A stretch of 63,747 nt of DNA, counting the filler, from Reticulomyxa filosa (Eukaryota > Protista > Foraminifera), in NCBI GenBank assembly GCA_000512085.1. It is 16 parts of 16 records of this genome, joined end to end, with 100 filler letters (N's around TTAATTAATTAA, not from the genome) between each part and the next. Parts side by side here need not be neighbours in the genome. Positions count along the whole stretch, not along the records: positions 39,430 to 40,429 come from ASPP01049611.1; positions 40,530 to 42,086 come from ASPP01000058.1; positions 42,187 to 56,805 come from ASPP01010594.1; 13 more parts are not named here. One strand, given 5' to 3'. Below, piece by piece: positions 39,430 to 52,800 of the stretch. The translations under genes and the position numbers were made by a program. The notes below the pieces were generated by a model. The model was given only the letters and a program-made list of their open reading frames with translations, ran no database searches and had not been told where the DNA came from. Position 1 is the stretch's first letter. Each line of letters opens with the position of its first letter.

Positions 39430-40429
39430 TCTTGCTCTTTACTCTCTTGCGATAAGTATCGTAAGAAAGAATTGCCCAATATCACTGCCACTGCCATCAA
39501 TTGATCCAATGGGTTTTTATTTGCTTTCGACAATGTTTCAATGATATCTGAGAGCTTAATATCGTTTTTGCAAAGAGACAACAATAGCACAAATTGGACA
39601 ATGACATTGTCAAAATGATAAAAAACTGATTCGATCATTGGAATGTGAATACGATTATTTTTTTCACTCACCAGCCAAACCATGCAAAATACAATGCCTT
39701 TAATACAAGCACAGAGTTGATTATCACCTTTCAATTTAATATACATGTGATATTTTCCTCGAATTACATCTTTTGCATAATATTCACAACTTTGAGGGTT
39801 GCATTTATTCAACAATGTAAAAGGCTCATTACGCGTTTGCAAAATATCTTTCAGTCGATTTGCACTTTTCTCCCCGTCTTCATTTGAACTTATTACTATT
39901 TTGTCTTGTTGCGCACGTATCATGTTGCCAGAAGGAAGGAGTAACTCCATCGTGTTCGAAATTTTGTCAAAACACCAGACATGGAAATTCCAACTGAATG
40001 GAAACTGTGTCTCGTATCTCATTGTTGGACAATAAGAAGTGCATGTTTTTCCAATATACCACTTGCTCCAAATAATGGAACAATCTTTGTCATTGCACTT
40101 GAAAGGAATATTTGTTTCATTTGTTGCATTGATTCAGTTTTATCGTTTATTGCTTGCAAAAATATCTTTTTTTTTGTTTTTTGAACACAAACTTCCTAAT
40201 TTTAAAAATAATAGTAATAATAATAAAAACAACCTTAAAGTAGCAATTATCATAAAATGATAAAAGCACTCGTGTCCATCCCACAGTAACTACATAATCG
40301 ACGACATTTTGATATTCTTTAACGAGATTGTAGCAATGCATGGCATTGAGATTTTGTTGAAAACTGTCATTTACTTCATAAAACACGTCGTCTGTCGAAA
40401 TAGTTTCTTGTATTGTCCATTGCAGTCGT
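39430..40429 (-). CDS. Internal fragment of a large helical protein, possibly RNF213 (mysterin)-like
   Basis: Exon ...YQNVVDYVVTVGWTRVLLSFYDNCYFK|, intron ~40236-40167, then ...ETQFPFSWNFHVWC. The FPFSW motif recalls RNF213-family proteins. One frameshift near 40070-40090. Confidence 0.4.
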
Positions 40430-40529
40430 NNNNNNNNNNNNNNNNNNNNNNNNNNNNNNNNNNNNNNNNNNNNTTAATTAATTAANNNNNNNNNNNNNNN
40501 NNNNNNNNNNNNNNNNNNNNNNNNNNNNN
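40430..40529. other. Artificial contig spacer
   Basis: 44 N + TTAATTAATTAA + 44 N. Confidence 0.98.
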
Positions 40530-40564
<35 letters not shown>

Positions 40565-40589
40565 AAATATATTTGGAAAAAAAGAAAAA

Positions 40590-42000
40590 TCTTTAACGTT
40601 TTCTTTCGGTGATGCAACATTGACAGAAACGCCTTTTGTCGATTTAGCATTGACATTGGGGACTGGCTCAGTGCTTTTGCCATTGGCTTTGATTGTCAAT
40701 TGTCCCTTGCCCTGATTTGCAGCATTCGCTAATTCACCGACTTTGCTGCTTGTGATTGTGCCTGGTGCACTCTTTACCTCATCATCTATTGCTGTTATTG
40801 CAGTGCACATAAAAGATTTCAAACAACTCATGTTCAACTTAAGTCCAAACCAAAGGCCCCTTTCTGATTTTGGCCTTCGTCTTCTACGTACACTTTTCTT
40901 TTTCTTTTTTTTTCCGATATATTAAATACACAATTGTTGAGACAAGAGCTCAACCACAATTAAAGGTACGTACCAGAATTTTCATGAATTTGCTCCAACT
41001 GTTCCATATTAGCCACACAAACACATATGTATGTTTATATATGTACATATATTTACTATATTTTTTTTAAAAAAAAAAAGGGGAGGGGTAATCTTTTTTT
41101 TAAAAAAAAAAAAAAGCAAACTGGTGGTTGGGGTGAAAAAGTAGATGGTTTGGGAGGTGGGGCACGCGTATCTGGCTCTGGTTGTGATATTGAGACAGAG
41201 TGTTCTGTACTTGACTGAGATATTTCCAATGGGGTTTGAGTTTCCTTTTTCGCCATATCGTGATATAAGTCTCTTTGCTCCGGACTTGTGTCACATATAC
41301 ATATATGTATATTATGTATATTATATATATATAATATATATATAATATATATAATATACATATATGTATATGCATACATGTGTATATACATATACTCATA
41401 TATGCATATACATAAAAGAAAAAGAATGGTTATCACATTCCTTACAAACTCTTTGTTGATGATTTCATTCGTTTCAAAGAGCACATATAAACAAACAAAC
41501 AAACAAACAAAAAACACACGAAACGAAGCAGCGTTGGCCCTTTCTTGACATTTGCGGAAAGCATCCACAATTTTTTCCATTACTGCATCTCGTAGTTCTG
41601 TTCAAATAACAAAAGTGACAAAAGAGAGAGAGAGAGAGAAGTCAAATTGTGTACAAAGAGTTTTTTTTTAATTTTATTTTATCTAAAAAAAAAAACATAT
41701 GTTAGGAGACACACATATACATACATACCGTCATTAGCAAAGGTCAACACTCGCTTTGTTTTTTCAAAGGACAAACCAACAGAAAATTCAGCGTCCGTAG
41801 GTTTTCCAGTTTTTTCAATTTGAAAATCTTTATTATACAACGAGTACCCACCTTTGTATTTGCCACGTGTCGACACCAATACCAACAGATCGTTGAATAG
41901 ATACAACGTAATCCCTTTTTTCTTGTGAAGAATTTTGCGTCTCACTTGGCAAGGCTTCGACACTGTTTCATTTTTTTTCAATTGTATGTTTTGCCATTGT
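40590..42000 (-). CDS. PH-domain-containing fragment (RhoGEF DH-PH-type PH) with a Pro/Ser-rich tail, multi-exon, partial
   Basis: ITLYLFNDLLVLVS...KRVLTFAND|ELRDAVMEKIVDAFRKCQ; later exons contain RAPPPKPSTFSP. Confidence 0.65.
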
Positions 42001-42086
42001 AAAACTATTATTATTATTTTTTTTTTTTTTTTTGGTCTACCAGTGGAGCACCCCTTTTTTTTTTTTTCCCTCTTCTATGTGTGTAT

Positions 42087-42186
42087 NNNNNNNNNNNNNN
42101 NNNNNNNNNNNNNNNNNNNNNNNNNNNNNNTTAATTAATTAANNNNNNNNNNNNNNNNNNNNNNNNNNNNNNNNNNNNNNNNNNNN
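42087..42186. other. Artificial contig spacer
   Basis: 44 N + TTAATTAATTAA + 44 N. Confidence 0.98.
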
Positions 42187-43181
42187 TTATTATTATTATT
42201 ATTATTTGTATCAATGATCTCTTCATGATCACTGGCCAAGAAATTCTCAACAGAGGCAAGGTCCTGTTGGGGAGTAATTTGTTTTCTACGCTTGTTGGAA
42301 GGAAGGGCGTGATGTCCGTCTTTGTCTTTGTCTTCGTCCTCTCTCTTCCTCTTTCGCTTGTTTGTGGCGGATAAGAATTCCTGGTGTTTCACTTTGCTCT
42401 GCTCGACGCCGTACACGTCAAACAACTCCTCATCGCCACTGCTCATGCTATTTTCCTTCTCCTCCTCCTCCTCCTCCCTTCCGCTGCTTTCCACACTGTC
42501 AAAGTCGGAGTCATTCAACATTGAAGTATGAGGTATATTCGCCAGTGCATTTGTGGTCATTTCAGCTGATTCACCTTCATTTGCATTTGCATGTGCATGT
42601 GCATGTGCATGTGCATGTGCATTTGCATCTGTGTGTTCATCCTTGTCCTTATTGTCGTCTTTGTGAACTCTGTTGTCCACCAAAATCACCACATTTTTAT
42701 CTTTGGTGCTATCTACCGCATGGGTGGCCGTCAAGTTACACTTTTTTTTTTTTTGCGCGTAGCTGTGGACAACACGGTGATGGCACTTTTCAATTTGTAA
42801 TCATTGTCTGCGTTGCCAATGTACTTGTTCAATTGACTTCGGTCGCTTTCCAACACCTTTTCCTTCTTCTTCTTGTTATTATTATTCTGATCCGCTGTCG
42901 TGTCCTTCATCTCATCCATCAATGGCACGTCGTCCCCAATTCGATCATTCGTCTTTTGTTCCTGTTTCTCGGAAGTGCGCTTTTCCGTCTCATCCGCTTT
43001 CAATGCCAGCAAGTCCGTCGGCGTCGCCACCTTTGTCATTAGCTCTTCGTCTGCGACGAATAGACCTGCTTTCCGTGTTGCAAACAGACGTCTCAATCTC
43101 TCTTTCTTTGATTCTTTCTATATTTGTTTATTCGTTTATTTGTCTGTTTTTGTTGTTTTTTTTTTTTTTTTCATAATTGGC

Positions 43182-43231
<50 letters not shown>

Positions 43232-43685
43232 TAATAATAATAATAATGTTTGCATTCTTAACATGACTTGTTGCATGAAGTAAACTCATCTCTTCATTGG
43301 ACAACTGGTGTTGTTGCAAATCTGCCAGATATTTGCACGTCTCCACATTTTGCTGCTTTTTCATTTCCAATTTTTTCAATTTCTTTTGTTGGGATTTTGA
43401 CAACTTTTTCTCTTCTTTCTCTTTCACTTTCGCTTCAGTTTGCGCTTTTCTCTGCTTTTTTTCTTCTTTCTATCAGTTTTGTTTTACAGTTTTCAAAGGA
43501 GGAGTCCATCCTTTTCCTGGAATGCGAATGAAACCTTGAAAATAATAATAATAAAACACCTGAAGTACAGGGTCAATTATCTTCATATTACTATCTGGTA
43601 TTCGACCAGTTTCTCTAATCAACTTTTTTTCAGCTTGGACTTGATTCCATACTTCCAAGCGATTTTTCTTCTTCTCCTTTCCCAT
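42187..43685 (-). CDS. DHX37: DHX37/Dhr1(Ecm16)-like DEAH RNA helicase, N-terminal region only, 3'-partial
   Basis: MGKEKKKNR...DSNMKIIDP; KKLSKSQQKKLKKLEMKKQQ...LADLQQHQLSNEEMSLLHATS...ERLRRLFATRKAG, then an acidic linker. This matches the recalled DHX37 N-terminal layout; the helicase core is not in the window. Confidence 0.6.
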
Positions 43686-45489
43686 CGATGAAATATTCAA
43701 ATATTATGAATAGTTTTAGTTGGTGCATGCCCTTGCAAACGCTTTTCGCCGGTGCTAACTGTCATAATTTAATATGAGTGCCTTATTTCTTAAAATTTCA
43801 TTTTTCATTGCAAAAAAATATATAAATAATGATCTCTGTGGAAATGGCTGCAACGACTCGTTGATTATGTTTAAAAAGTTGTATCGTGGAATACAAGTCA
43901 TCATATTGACACAAAAGCTTTCAATGAATGACCATTTTGTTTAATTTTTTATTTTGTGAACATTTTTTGTTTTTGATATTTTTTTTTGTGCAATTGCCAC
44001 TGTTAAACGCGTTCAATTGAGTTCAATTTTACTTAAATATTCTTTAAAAAACGCTCATCTTTAATATTTCTGTTAATTTTTGATATTTTGGAACCCGCAA
44101 CTGAATTCCTAAGCGTTTTGCTGGAAAAAACTTTTTTAAAAAAATTTTGTTGCAAAAAAAAATCCTTTCATTTCTTCTTATGCAAAGCTTTAAAGCTGTT
44201 TATAAACTCAACATAATATTAACAAACATTCGATTATTAAAACGTTCTGTTTTTTAGAAAACTTTCTGGTTAACTTTTGAGCAGCTGAAGTTAAGAAAGC
44301 AAACGTGCAAATGAAAATATGAATTCGAACAAAGAAGAAATTTCGCAGCATCAATGAATCAAAGATTATCGTTTCATCAAGTGACAGAAATTTTCTTTTG
44401 AATTGTTTACTAAAATTTTTGAATATTTTAGAAGTCAGTTTAGACAAATATTACAATACTACTCAAGCCATGTTTGTGCTCCATGAATAAATTCCTCAAA
44501 CTTCTTGATTGAAGATTTTCGGCTGTGCCGTAGTATCGGCAAAAAATAAATAAAAGAATAATATAAAACTCGAACATTAATATTGTAATAAATCGTAGTT
44601 TAAGTTATGCATGATTGGCGACTACTGCGACCCAGTACATCAGCAATTGGACCACCTAGTAAAGAACAATGCAATGAACAGAACGAACAAATGCCAATGC
44701 GATAAAGGATGGATGTTTGGAAAGTTAGTTTAAATCCACTTGGAAAATCACAAATCCATGCCCTTTTCCCTTTTCATTCGTCCATCTATTATCCCAACAG
44801 AAATACAATGTGATGTATTGCTATTTTTCTAGTTTGTGATCTTTCCATATTGCTGATATCTCGAGTTTTGCTTGTTCAAGCGAGTCAACGCTACCGCGAA
44901 ACATATCACTAACTCAGTTAGATTTGCCATACAGACCGTATCTCGCAAATTATTCTTTTTACTTTCTTCTGAAGTAGATATCGGAATTATTGTAATACTC
45001 GTCATTATTTTTTTGTTAAAGCGGTTACTGCGTTACAAAGCTCAGAAACCTCTTTGGATAAAAATAGAGAAAAAGACCCGTTTGATGTGTAAGAGACCAC
45101 AAAATCGTAATCATCAAAAAAAAGGAATAAAAATGAAAGTGCTTTGGTTTAAGATGTAAAACAAAACAAAACAAAAACCAACACATACCACAAATCCCAA
45201 AAAAACTCCTACAAGTGACATAGTTAGCCACTGAAAAAATCTTTCTCAAAACGAAAAATGTTTCATGCACAAAACAAAAAAAAGGCAGACGTGAAACGAT
45301 TATGTATTTTTTTTTTGTTTTGTGAATGCTGCCTGTAATATCGGTGACATGAAAGTGTCACTCATTCAAATTACCCTCTTTGTTCTGTTACTCGTAATGA
45401 TATAAAAAACACAAAATTGATAACTTTACTTCGTTCATCCTGCTTGTGCATGAAAAAAAATAAGATCAAGATAACGAAGTGATATTCAC

Positions 45490-46268
45490 TCAGGTAAATT
45501 CATCTCCATCGCTTTCCAGTGCAAACTGGTCTTCTAATTCCTTCTCTGCTTTTGTTTCCTTTTCAAAGTTTGTATTATCGTTGCAATGAGATACTTGCAC
45601 CTCTACGTCTGACGTCTTTGTATTGTATTGGAGTGCACAGTTCACATTCGTACCTGCAGTCGTAGGTTTCAAAAATGAGATTGGTTTATCAATGAATTGA
45701 AAGCAGCCATACAAATCCAATATTGCATTTTCTGTTGATCCGTCTTTTTTGGTTTCTGGTTGTTTTCTTCGTTGTTGTCGTGTATGATTAAATTGTATTT
45801 TCAGCTAAAAAAAAGGTGTACATAATTAAAAAAAAAAGTTTTATCTGAGAGTATATACATCCTTCCAAAAGGTTACCTGTTATGTTCGTACGTTTTTTGC
45901 TTGCCCGTATGCAAAGAGTTGCCATCAATCCAAGATTTGGACATAAACTTTATCTCATTTCTCGGTTTTATAGTGCTCGCTGTTTGTGCGGTTTCCGTCG
46001 GCTCAAGCTCCAGGTGGGGGACTTGGTGAGGCTCCTCTGACACTGGTTTAATCGTTGGGGTTGGGGGAATGTAGTGTCTGTACCATATCACCGGTATCGA
46101 CTACACAAAATAAACAACCACATCAAATTTGAATCTTTCTCTTTTTTTTCTCTCTGCCTCTATGATCCTTCCGTACTTTTTGAGTAAGCAAGTTTCTGGA
46201 GGATAACTTACTTGAGACACTGATCTGTCCTCTTTTTCGGCATTTTGTATTTTTATTGTCTGAGGCAT
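45490..46268 (-). CDS. Hypothetical 3-exon protein
   Basis: ATG at 46268 (MPQTIKIQNAEKEDRSVSQ|GTAAGT), middle exon ~46100-45878, last exon ending ESDGDEFT* at 45490. Confidence 0.5.
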
Positions 46269-46750
46269 TCTACTCTACTAAAAACGGAAGGAAAAGGGTG
46301 GAATTAAAAATTTAACAAAAATGGAACAACGAGGATAAAAGGTTTTCAAAGTTTAATCCTAGAACTCTGTTTTTAGTTATGGACGGTTTAATAACAGATC
46401 GTTGTAGTTATAGCGACGAAAGAGACTTAAGACAGAGCCATTTAGAAGATTGATGTTGGTCAATAGTTAAAATCCAACATAACAATGAGAGAAAAATATT
46501 TTTTGTTGATTGTGATGTTGCGGCCCTATCTGCGAAATGAAAAGGATATCACTTCATACAAAAAGAACTTGACATGAAAGAGAATTGATTAGGTCCAAAA
46601 AAAAAGGATAAAATGTGTACACTGTCTCAAACGCGAATGCTTATATTGTCTGAAATCAATTGACAAATATTAACAACACCGACAAAAAACCCGTAGCTAT
46701 TGTGAAAACGCATAAAAATGGGTTTTTTTTTTTGTTTTCAATTTGTATTA

Positions 46751-49700
46751 TCAGTCTTCATCCCAGTTAACATTTTGTGCCACAAAATCTGTGTCGATCG
46801 CATAACAATTCGATATTGCATACAACAATTTCTTTTTCATGATTTCTTTGCTTGAATACTTTGGTAGCTCCAAAGTGAAAAAGCAAGTATCTGTAAACAC
46901 ACCACAAAGCAAGGGTTTACTTGGAAAGTGCAATATGTTTTTTTTGCGATAGGAAGACAGATAGAAGAGAGTAGAGATTTGACATAACGGCTGACGGGTA
47001 AAACACTATCATCATTTCTTTGCGAAGTTAAAATTCCAAATGGATCATGGAAATCTTCAGAGCGAGTAGGCAGACGACTTTGTCCCCAAACGAAGCGCAA
47101 AAAGTTGCTTCGTTGTTGATGCGTGAACTCTTCCAAGACTTGCCAAAAGAATTGGACGTGCGAATCTCCTGGTTTGACTCCGTGTTTGTACACAGTATTG
47201 GCCTTGAGCAATTCCAAATCGATTTCACGTTTGCCGCAAACCATTAATTCGAGTTCTTGCCATGTGAACAATGGAAGTAATGCAATTGGTACAATTGTGG
47301 CCAATCCTCGTCGAATGGCCTCAACTTGTGTGTTGAATTCATTTAAGCGGTAGTGTTCCAGCAATTGCACATATTCTTTGCGATTGTCCCATCTGTTTTT
47401 TTTAATTTAAAAAAGCTAAAAATAGAGAGAGAGAGAGAGAGAGAAAGATCTAAGGTTTAAAAAAAAATAATAATAAGATGATATGCACGTACGTGACTTG
47501 GATCTTGTCGCCATTGGATTTGAGTAAGACCTGTCTACCATCGGAGGACGTGGTAGTGAAGTGATAAGGGAAATACTCGCTGAACGTCTCTGGCGTGATT
47601 CCTTCCTTTTCAATGTTGGATAGCTTGTTCAAAATGTCGAAGCACAAACTGTCAATTTCCTTCAAATCCTCCCGTCCAACCTGTTTCCCCACCAACGGCT
47701 TCCAGACGACGCAGGGCAAGTCGAGATTCAAGTAGTGTCTCCCTCGAATCGCAGAGCCCATCAGTTTTCCAACAAAACTGTACATGGACAAATGTAGCGA
47801 CGAGTTGCACGACGGGTTGGGTATCCATTTTTCTTGGTTATCTCCGTAGCCCCTCGAATTGGGACATTTGATGAACAGCATCAAATAGTCGGATTGTAAG
47901 TCAGCGGAGATGGCACTCAGCGAATCGCGGAACAAGCCTCCGGCGTCGGTGCCTCCTTCGCCTTCGTACGTGACTGCCCACGGACGATGATTGGCGCTGC
48001 ATCGCAAGTACACGGGCTTGACAAAGTTGAGAGTGCGATAGGCCTGTCCGAAAATGGACTTTTTGGCGGCCTCGGTGGCGTTGAGTGCATTGGTGGAGAT
48101 CCTTTCGCGTGCTCGTAATGCTCTTGGACGATTGAGAACGAGTCCCGTGCGTTGACCCGAAGATGTTTGTTGCAACACATTTTGCCAAGGCAAGCGCTTC
48201 AAATCGCTGAAGATCAACGACCGCACGCTGCACAATCTCGCGGCCAACGACCAGTTGAGTCCCACCTGCGTAAAGTCGACCAGCGGGAATATCGACTTCA
48301 TTTTGTGGTTCAAAATTTGCAACATCAGATATCGGCGTTTCAAAATCGGAGTTTCGATTTCACTTAATGCGTCGTGTCTCTCCAACAAACTCTTTGTCGG
48401 ATATAACGCGTGGGCGACAATGTCCAACTGTGATATCTGTCGCAACGAATTGCGTGCCTCTCTTTCACTTCCATTGTCTACGGGATTGCCATTCGCATCG
48501 ACGGCATTGGCATCTGTGATTACTCTCCACACGTCTCGTAAATCATTCACGCCCGTCTCTTGGTAGCACGTTTCGAACATCGTCATCACCTCGTTGTCTA
48601 AATTGGCACCTGCGCCCGTACCCCAAAAAGTGGAGTCAAACTCGGGCACTTTGCGAACCGTGGCCGATCTCAAGTACTGCAATGACAACTTGGGCTCGGC
48701 GAGGGAGTCGTCTCTTGCAAGTTGCACAATCTTTGGAGTGCTCATCAACTCCGTCGATACGTGTGCCTGAGATACGTACCCATTGATAGTCTTGTCGGAC
48801 AGACATAACAGATAATAGCGACAATCTAATATCGACCCATTCACACCGTACGACTTTGCCATTGGCTGCGTAAATATATTTCCACTCCTGGACGACATTT
48901 GCCCAAGTATATTGGGTCGTGGTTGTGCTTCAATGCACCATTGGTTCGCTGCTTTTGCACCAATTTCCCACCCAAAAATAGCTTCACTCCGATGGCGTTG
49001 CCCGTGACTGCGACATGATACCACGTGTTCGTCTTCAATTCCTCCGCCTCGTGCGTCAATGTGATGCGATTGTTAGCCTTTGTTATCACATGCACTTGGA
49101 GCGTGTTCTTTTGTTATTACCAAAGCAAATCCAAGGCAGCAGGGAGTTGCTATTGCGATCGCCTTTCGGAAATGGTGCGACTGCTCTCCATGTTGTCTGC
49201 TCCTTTCTCCAAATATAACCAAAACAGTACCGAAAATTCGTTGATTTCGCTAACTCCACCGGTGGGACACGGCACGCCTGGCACGGTCTCGTCGTTTTCG
49301 CTTAAGCGCACGGGTTTGGAACCGGACACGACTGGGTAATACGATTCGGATACTTGGATGGTCTTTGCAACTTCGCCCAAAAATAGTGGCGGTAATTGAT
49401 AGCCTTCACCTCTTGACCCTTTTTGAGGTCGAGTCGTTTCGACAGGGACCACTTCTTTACTTTCTTTGTTGTTGTTGTTGTTGTTGTTGTTGTTGGATTC
49501 TTTCGCGCCATGTTGGGCTGCGTTTTCATGATCTATCATTGCTTGATGCACTGCCAATGTCAAGGATGACATTTCCACTACGCGATCGAATGTGGACTGC
49601 TCTGCGCAAATGTACACTGGTGTCTCTGATTTGATCACAATCTTTCTACTCTTCAATATGTCGGGACGAATTCCGTCGATTGCAGGGTCGTAAATATTGC

Positions 49701-49816
49701 GGCGGATCTCGTATTCGATATGCAACTCCTTTTCGGTGATCGGACGAAGAACATCCGGATCATTGTCAAACAGAGTTGGAAAGATACTTGTCCATTGAGA
49801 GCGCGGGGGCACTGTG

Positions 49817-49847
<31 letters not shown>

Positions 49848-52800
49848 TTTTGAAGTGAATTTGTATTATGGATCGATTCAATAAACTACTTTGATCATTT
49901 GTTTCAACTTTTACAAATTGACATTACCACACAAAATATGCAACGTATACATACAACACTAACATATCAAACGGGTTTCACCATAGCATTTCACATGTTC
50001 CTGCAGTTTGCTGGTGATATCTTTGACCTTGCTTTCGGACATGATTCCCCACTTTGCTGACACAATGTGAATCTTCCACACATACAAGTCTCTGTGTTCA
50101 AACATTAGTTGCACCACGCTCTTGAGATCTTTTTCTTTGGTATCTACTTTGGAGACAGACAAGGTCGGCGTTTGCACTCGGAACAGTTCGGTAATGGCCA
50201 TCAGCTCGACAATCGTGTTCAAAAACTGCGATTGCACCGCACGATCTCTGCGAATGATCTTGTCCACGACCTCGTCCATATTCTCTCCCAATTCTCCTAA
50301 TTTCTTCAAGTCCATGGGAGGGCGTCGATGAGCTGGCAGTTTATACGTACAGAGCAAGAGTTTAATCAGTTGCTCAATGCCACGCGTCTTGGCATTGGAT
50401 TTCAAATGGATCACAAAGCTATTTTCACGAAAATATTGAAAAGTGTTACTATCAGTGCAAAAAATATATATATATATGTATATATATATTGTTGTTGTTG
50501 TTGTTGTTGTTCTTTTTAACTGCAACAATGCGTCTGCCAGAGGGATGACATATCTTTGTTGTTCCAATACATGCTGATGCTCAACAAGCAGTTCGAACAA
50601 CCAACATCCCAATTCGAAATTGAAGGCGTCCAAAGCTTGGAAATCGTCAATGTGTTTTTCAATGGGTTTGACATAGAAGCGGAATCCCCAGTACTGGTTA
50701 TCAAAGCTCGATGTAAACTTATACCAAAAGCGGTTGGACGGCACAATAAACGTGGGAAAGCGATCTACGCCGGATCCTCGACAACGCAGATACTGATCCT
50801 CAAAGTTTTGATCTGCGTAGAATGTCAATCCGGTTTTGAAGTCGTTGGCCAGATTGCACTGCGGGTCGAACGTCACCATCAGACGAGAGGCGCCGGGTAC
50901 GTATACTACGCGACGCTCGTCCACATCACTTTTGTAAGGCTTGTGTTCCGACTCAAACATTAGCACCTCGTTCGGGTCGTTGACTGCTTGAACGTAATGC
51001 AGCACGCATTCTTCCACCAATCCTTGTGTCAGTGTCTTGCATGGCTGCGCTGACAATATCAGGTCTTTGCGAGTGGGCTTGGTCAGTCTCCATTTTTTGT
51101 GGAACACGTCGGGAGATAGTCTCGTTTCCAAGCTGGTGAATAGCGTGGACGCAAGCGATTGTTCCTTTAGCCCTTCTTCGCGTAACAGATCGAACACCTT
51201 ACCAAAGTCTTTAATCAAACTGTTTTTGCGTTTCACAAGCAACTTTGACTTTGACGTGCCTGCGGACAACGCCTCCGCGGCCGCCAAGTCCAACAAACGG
51301 ATCACAGTGTCCACTCCTCCAAACAGTTCCATGTTGAAGGGCATCGCCTCTGGCCAATGACGCAATAGCCACAGCACGCTTCGACGGACTTTGCGGATCG
51401 ACAAGGCGTGCTCGATTTCCAAGTAATGCGAGCCGATGCCAAAGATGGGGATTTCTTTCTTGATGTCGGTGGGTTGGAGTCCTTCGTCTTGTATTTGGTC
51501 TATGATTTCTTGCGTGCGAACATTTAAATCTTCCACCGGGTCTTGGTAGCGTTCGATTGGCAGATGCAGCGCTCGGACAGGGAAAGCGCCACGGAAAAAT
51601 ACACCCAAGTCGCGGTCATAAAATTCCATGTTGACACGTTCTATAAGTAATGTGAATATATCATACATAAATATATATATATATAAATATATAAATATAT
51701 ATACATAAACATATATTTATGTATATATGTATATAAATCATTAAACAAATTCAATTCGATCTCAACTGTTATTTACATCGACAGAATGAACGATTCCAGT
51801 TTTGCCTTGTAATCTTTTCCACTCCTTTTGCCACGAGTCATGACAGATACGATGGGCGTCACTCCAAATGGACAAGAGTTGGCCTGATCGCACTTTTTGT
51901 AAATGGATTGGTGGCAATTGTTGTCTCAAACGACTGCCAATGCCAATTTGTCTGCGATTGTTTTCCTCTTCCTCGTTTGCACCAGCATTTGCTCCAGCAG
52001 CAGCAGCAGCTCCTCCAGCGGCATTGGCTGCTGCTCGGCGAAGTGGATTATCCGCGGCGGCAGCAGCGGCTTGTTCTTGATTGCGGAAATGTGAGTTGGC
52101 AGATATCTCTTCCATGGTCAAGCCAACAGGTAACTGAGCGTCCACCTCATCGTCTAGTAGATTATCTCCTGCAGCAGCTCCGCGTCCTCCAGCTCTTCCC
52201 GAGTTGTCACCTCCGCCACCTGCCACATCGTCCAAGTTGTTGGCAATAAAGGCCATCAGTCCAAACTGCTCCTCTTCGTCCACGTGTTTGTTATCGTCTT
52301 TGTTTTCATCCCGATTTTGCGAGGGGTCGGTGCTTCGCGAGAGGTTTTGGACGATTCGATCTAGTTCTTGCGACGCGTTGGTGAGCAAGTAATCGGCCGC
52401 CATTGCCAAGTCGTCGTGATACTGCTCGAGCGTGACAACGGCAAACTCCAATGGGAACGCTCCACCCATCATTCGGACCAGCTCTTCTGCCATTGTGCGA
52501 CGCTGGATCTCGGCTTCGGTGTATTGGATCTGATTTTCCTCTTTCAGTCGTCGCAACTTGGAAGGGTCTAAAAGCTTTTCAAAGTCATATTTCATTGGCT
52601 CTTGGCCCAAGTTAATCAACACTTGAGCACTGTCACTTTGAAGCCATACCATTGGATAAAACTGTCCATTCACGTCGTCAAAGGCGTTTCTCGAATCGAT
52701 GACTCGGCCGTTTTTAGTAAAGAAAATGGCTCTTTTTTCGGGGTCCCAACATACGCCCACGCAGTCGCCTTCTTCAAATCCTTCCGATATCTTGGCTGAT

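Noticed and set aside
44208-45270. Short ORFs between the DHX37-like gene and the 45490 gene
   Set aside because: No consistent exon chain or recognisable motif.
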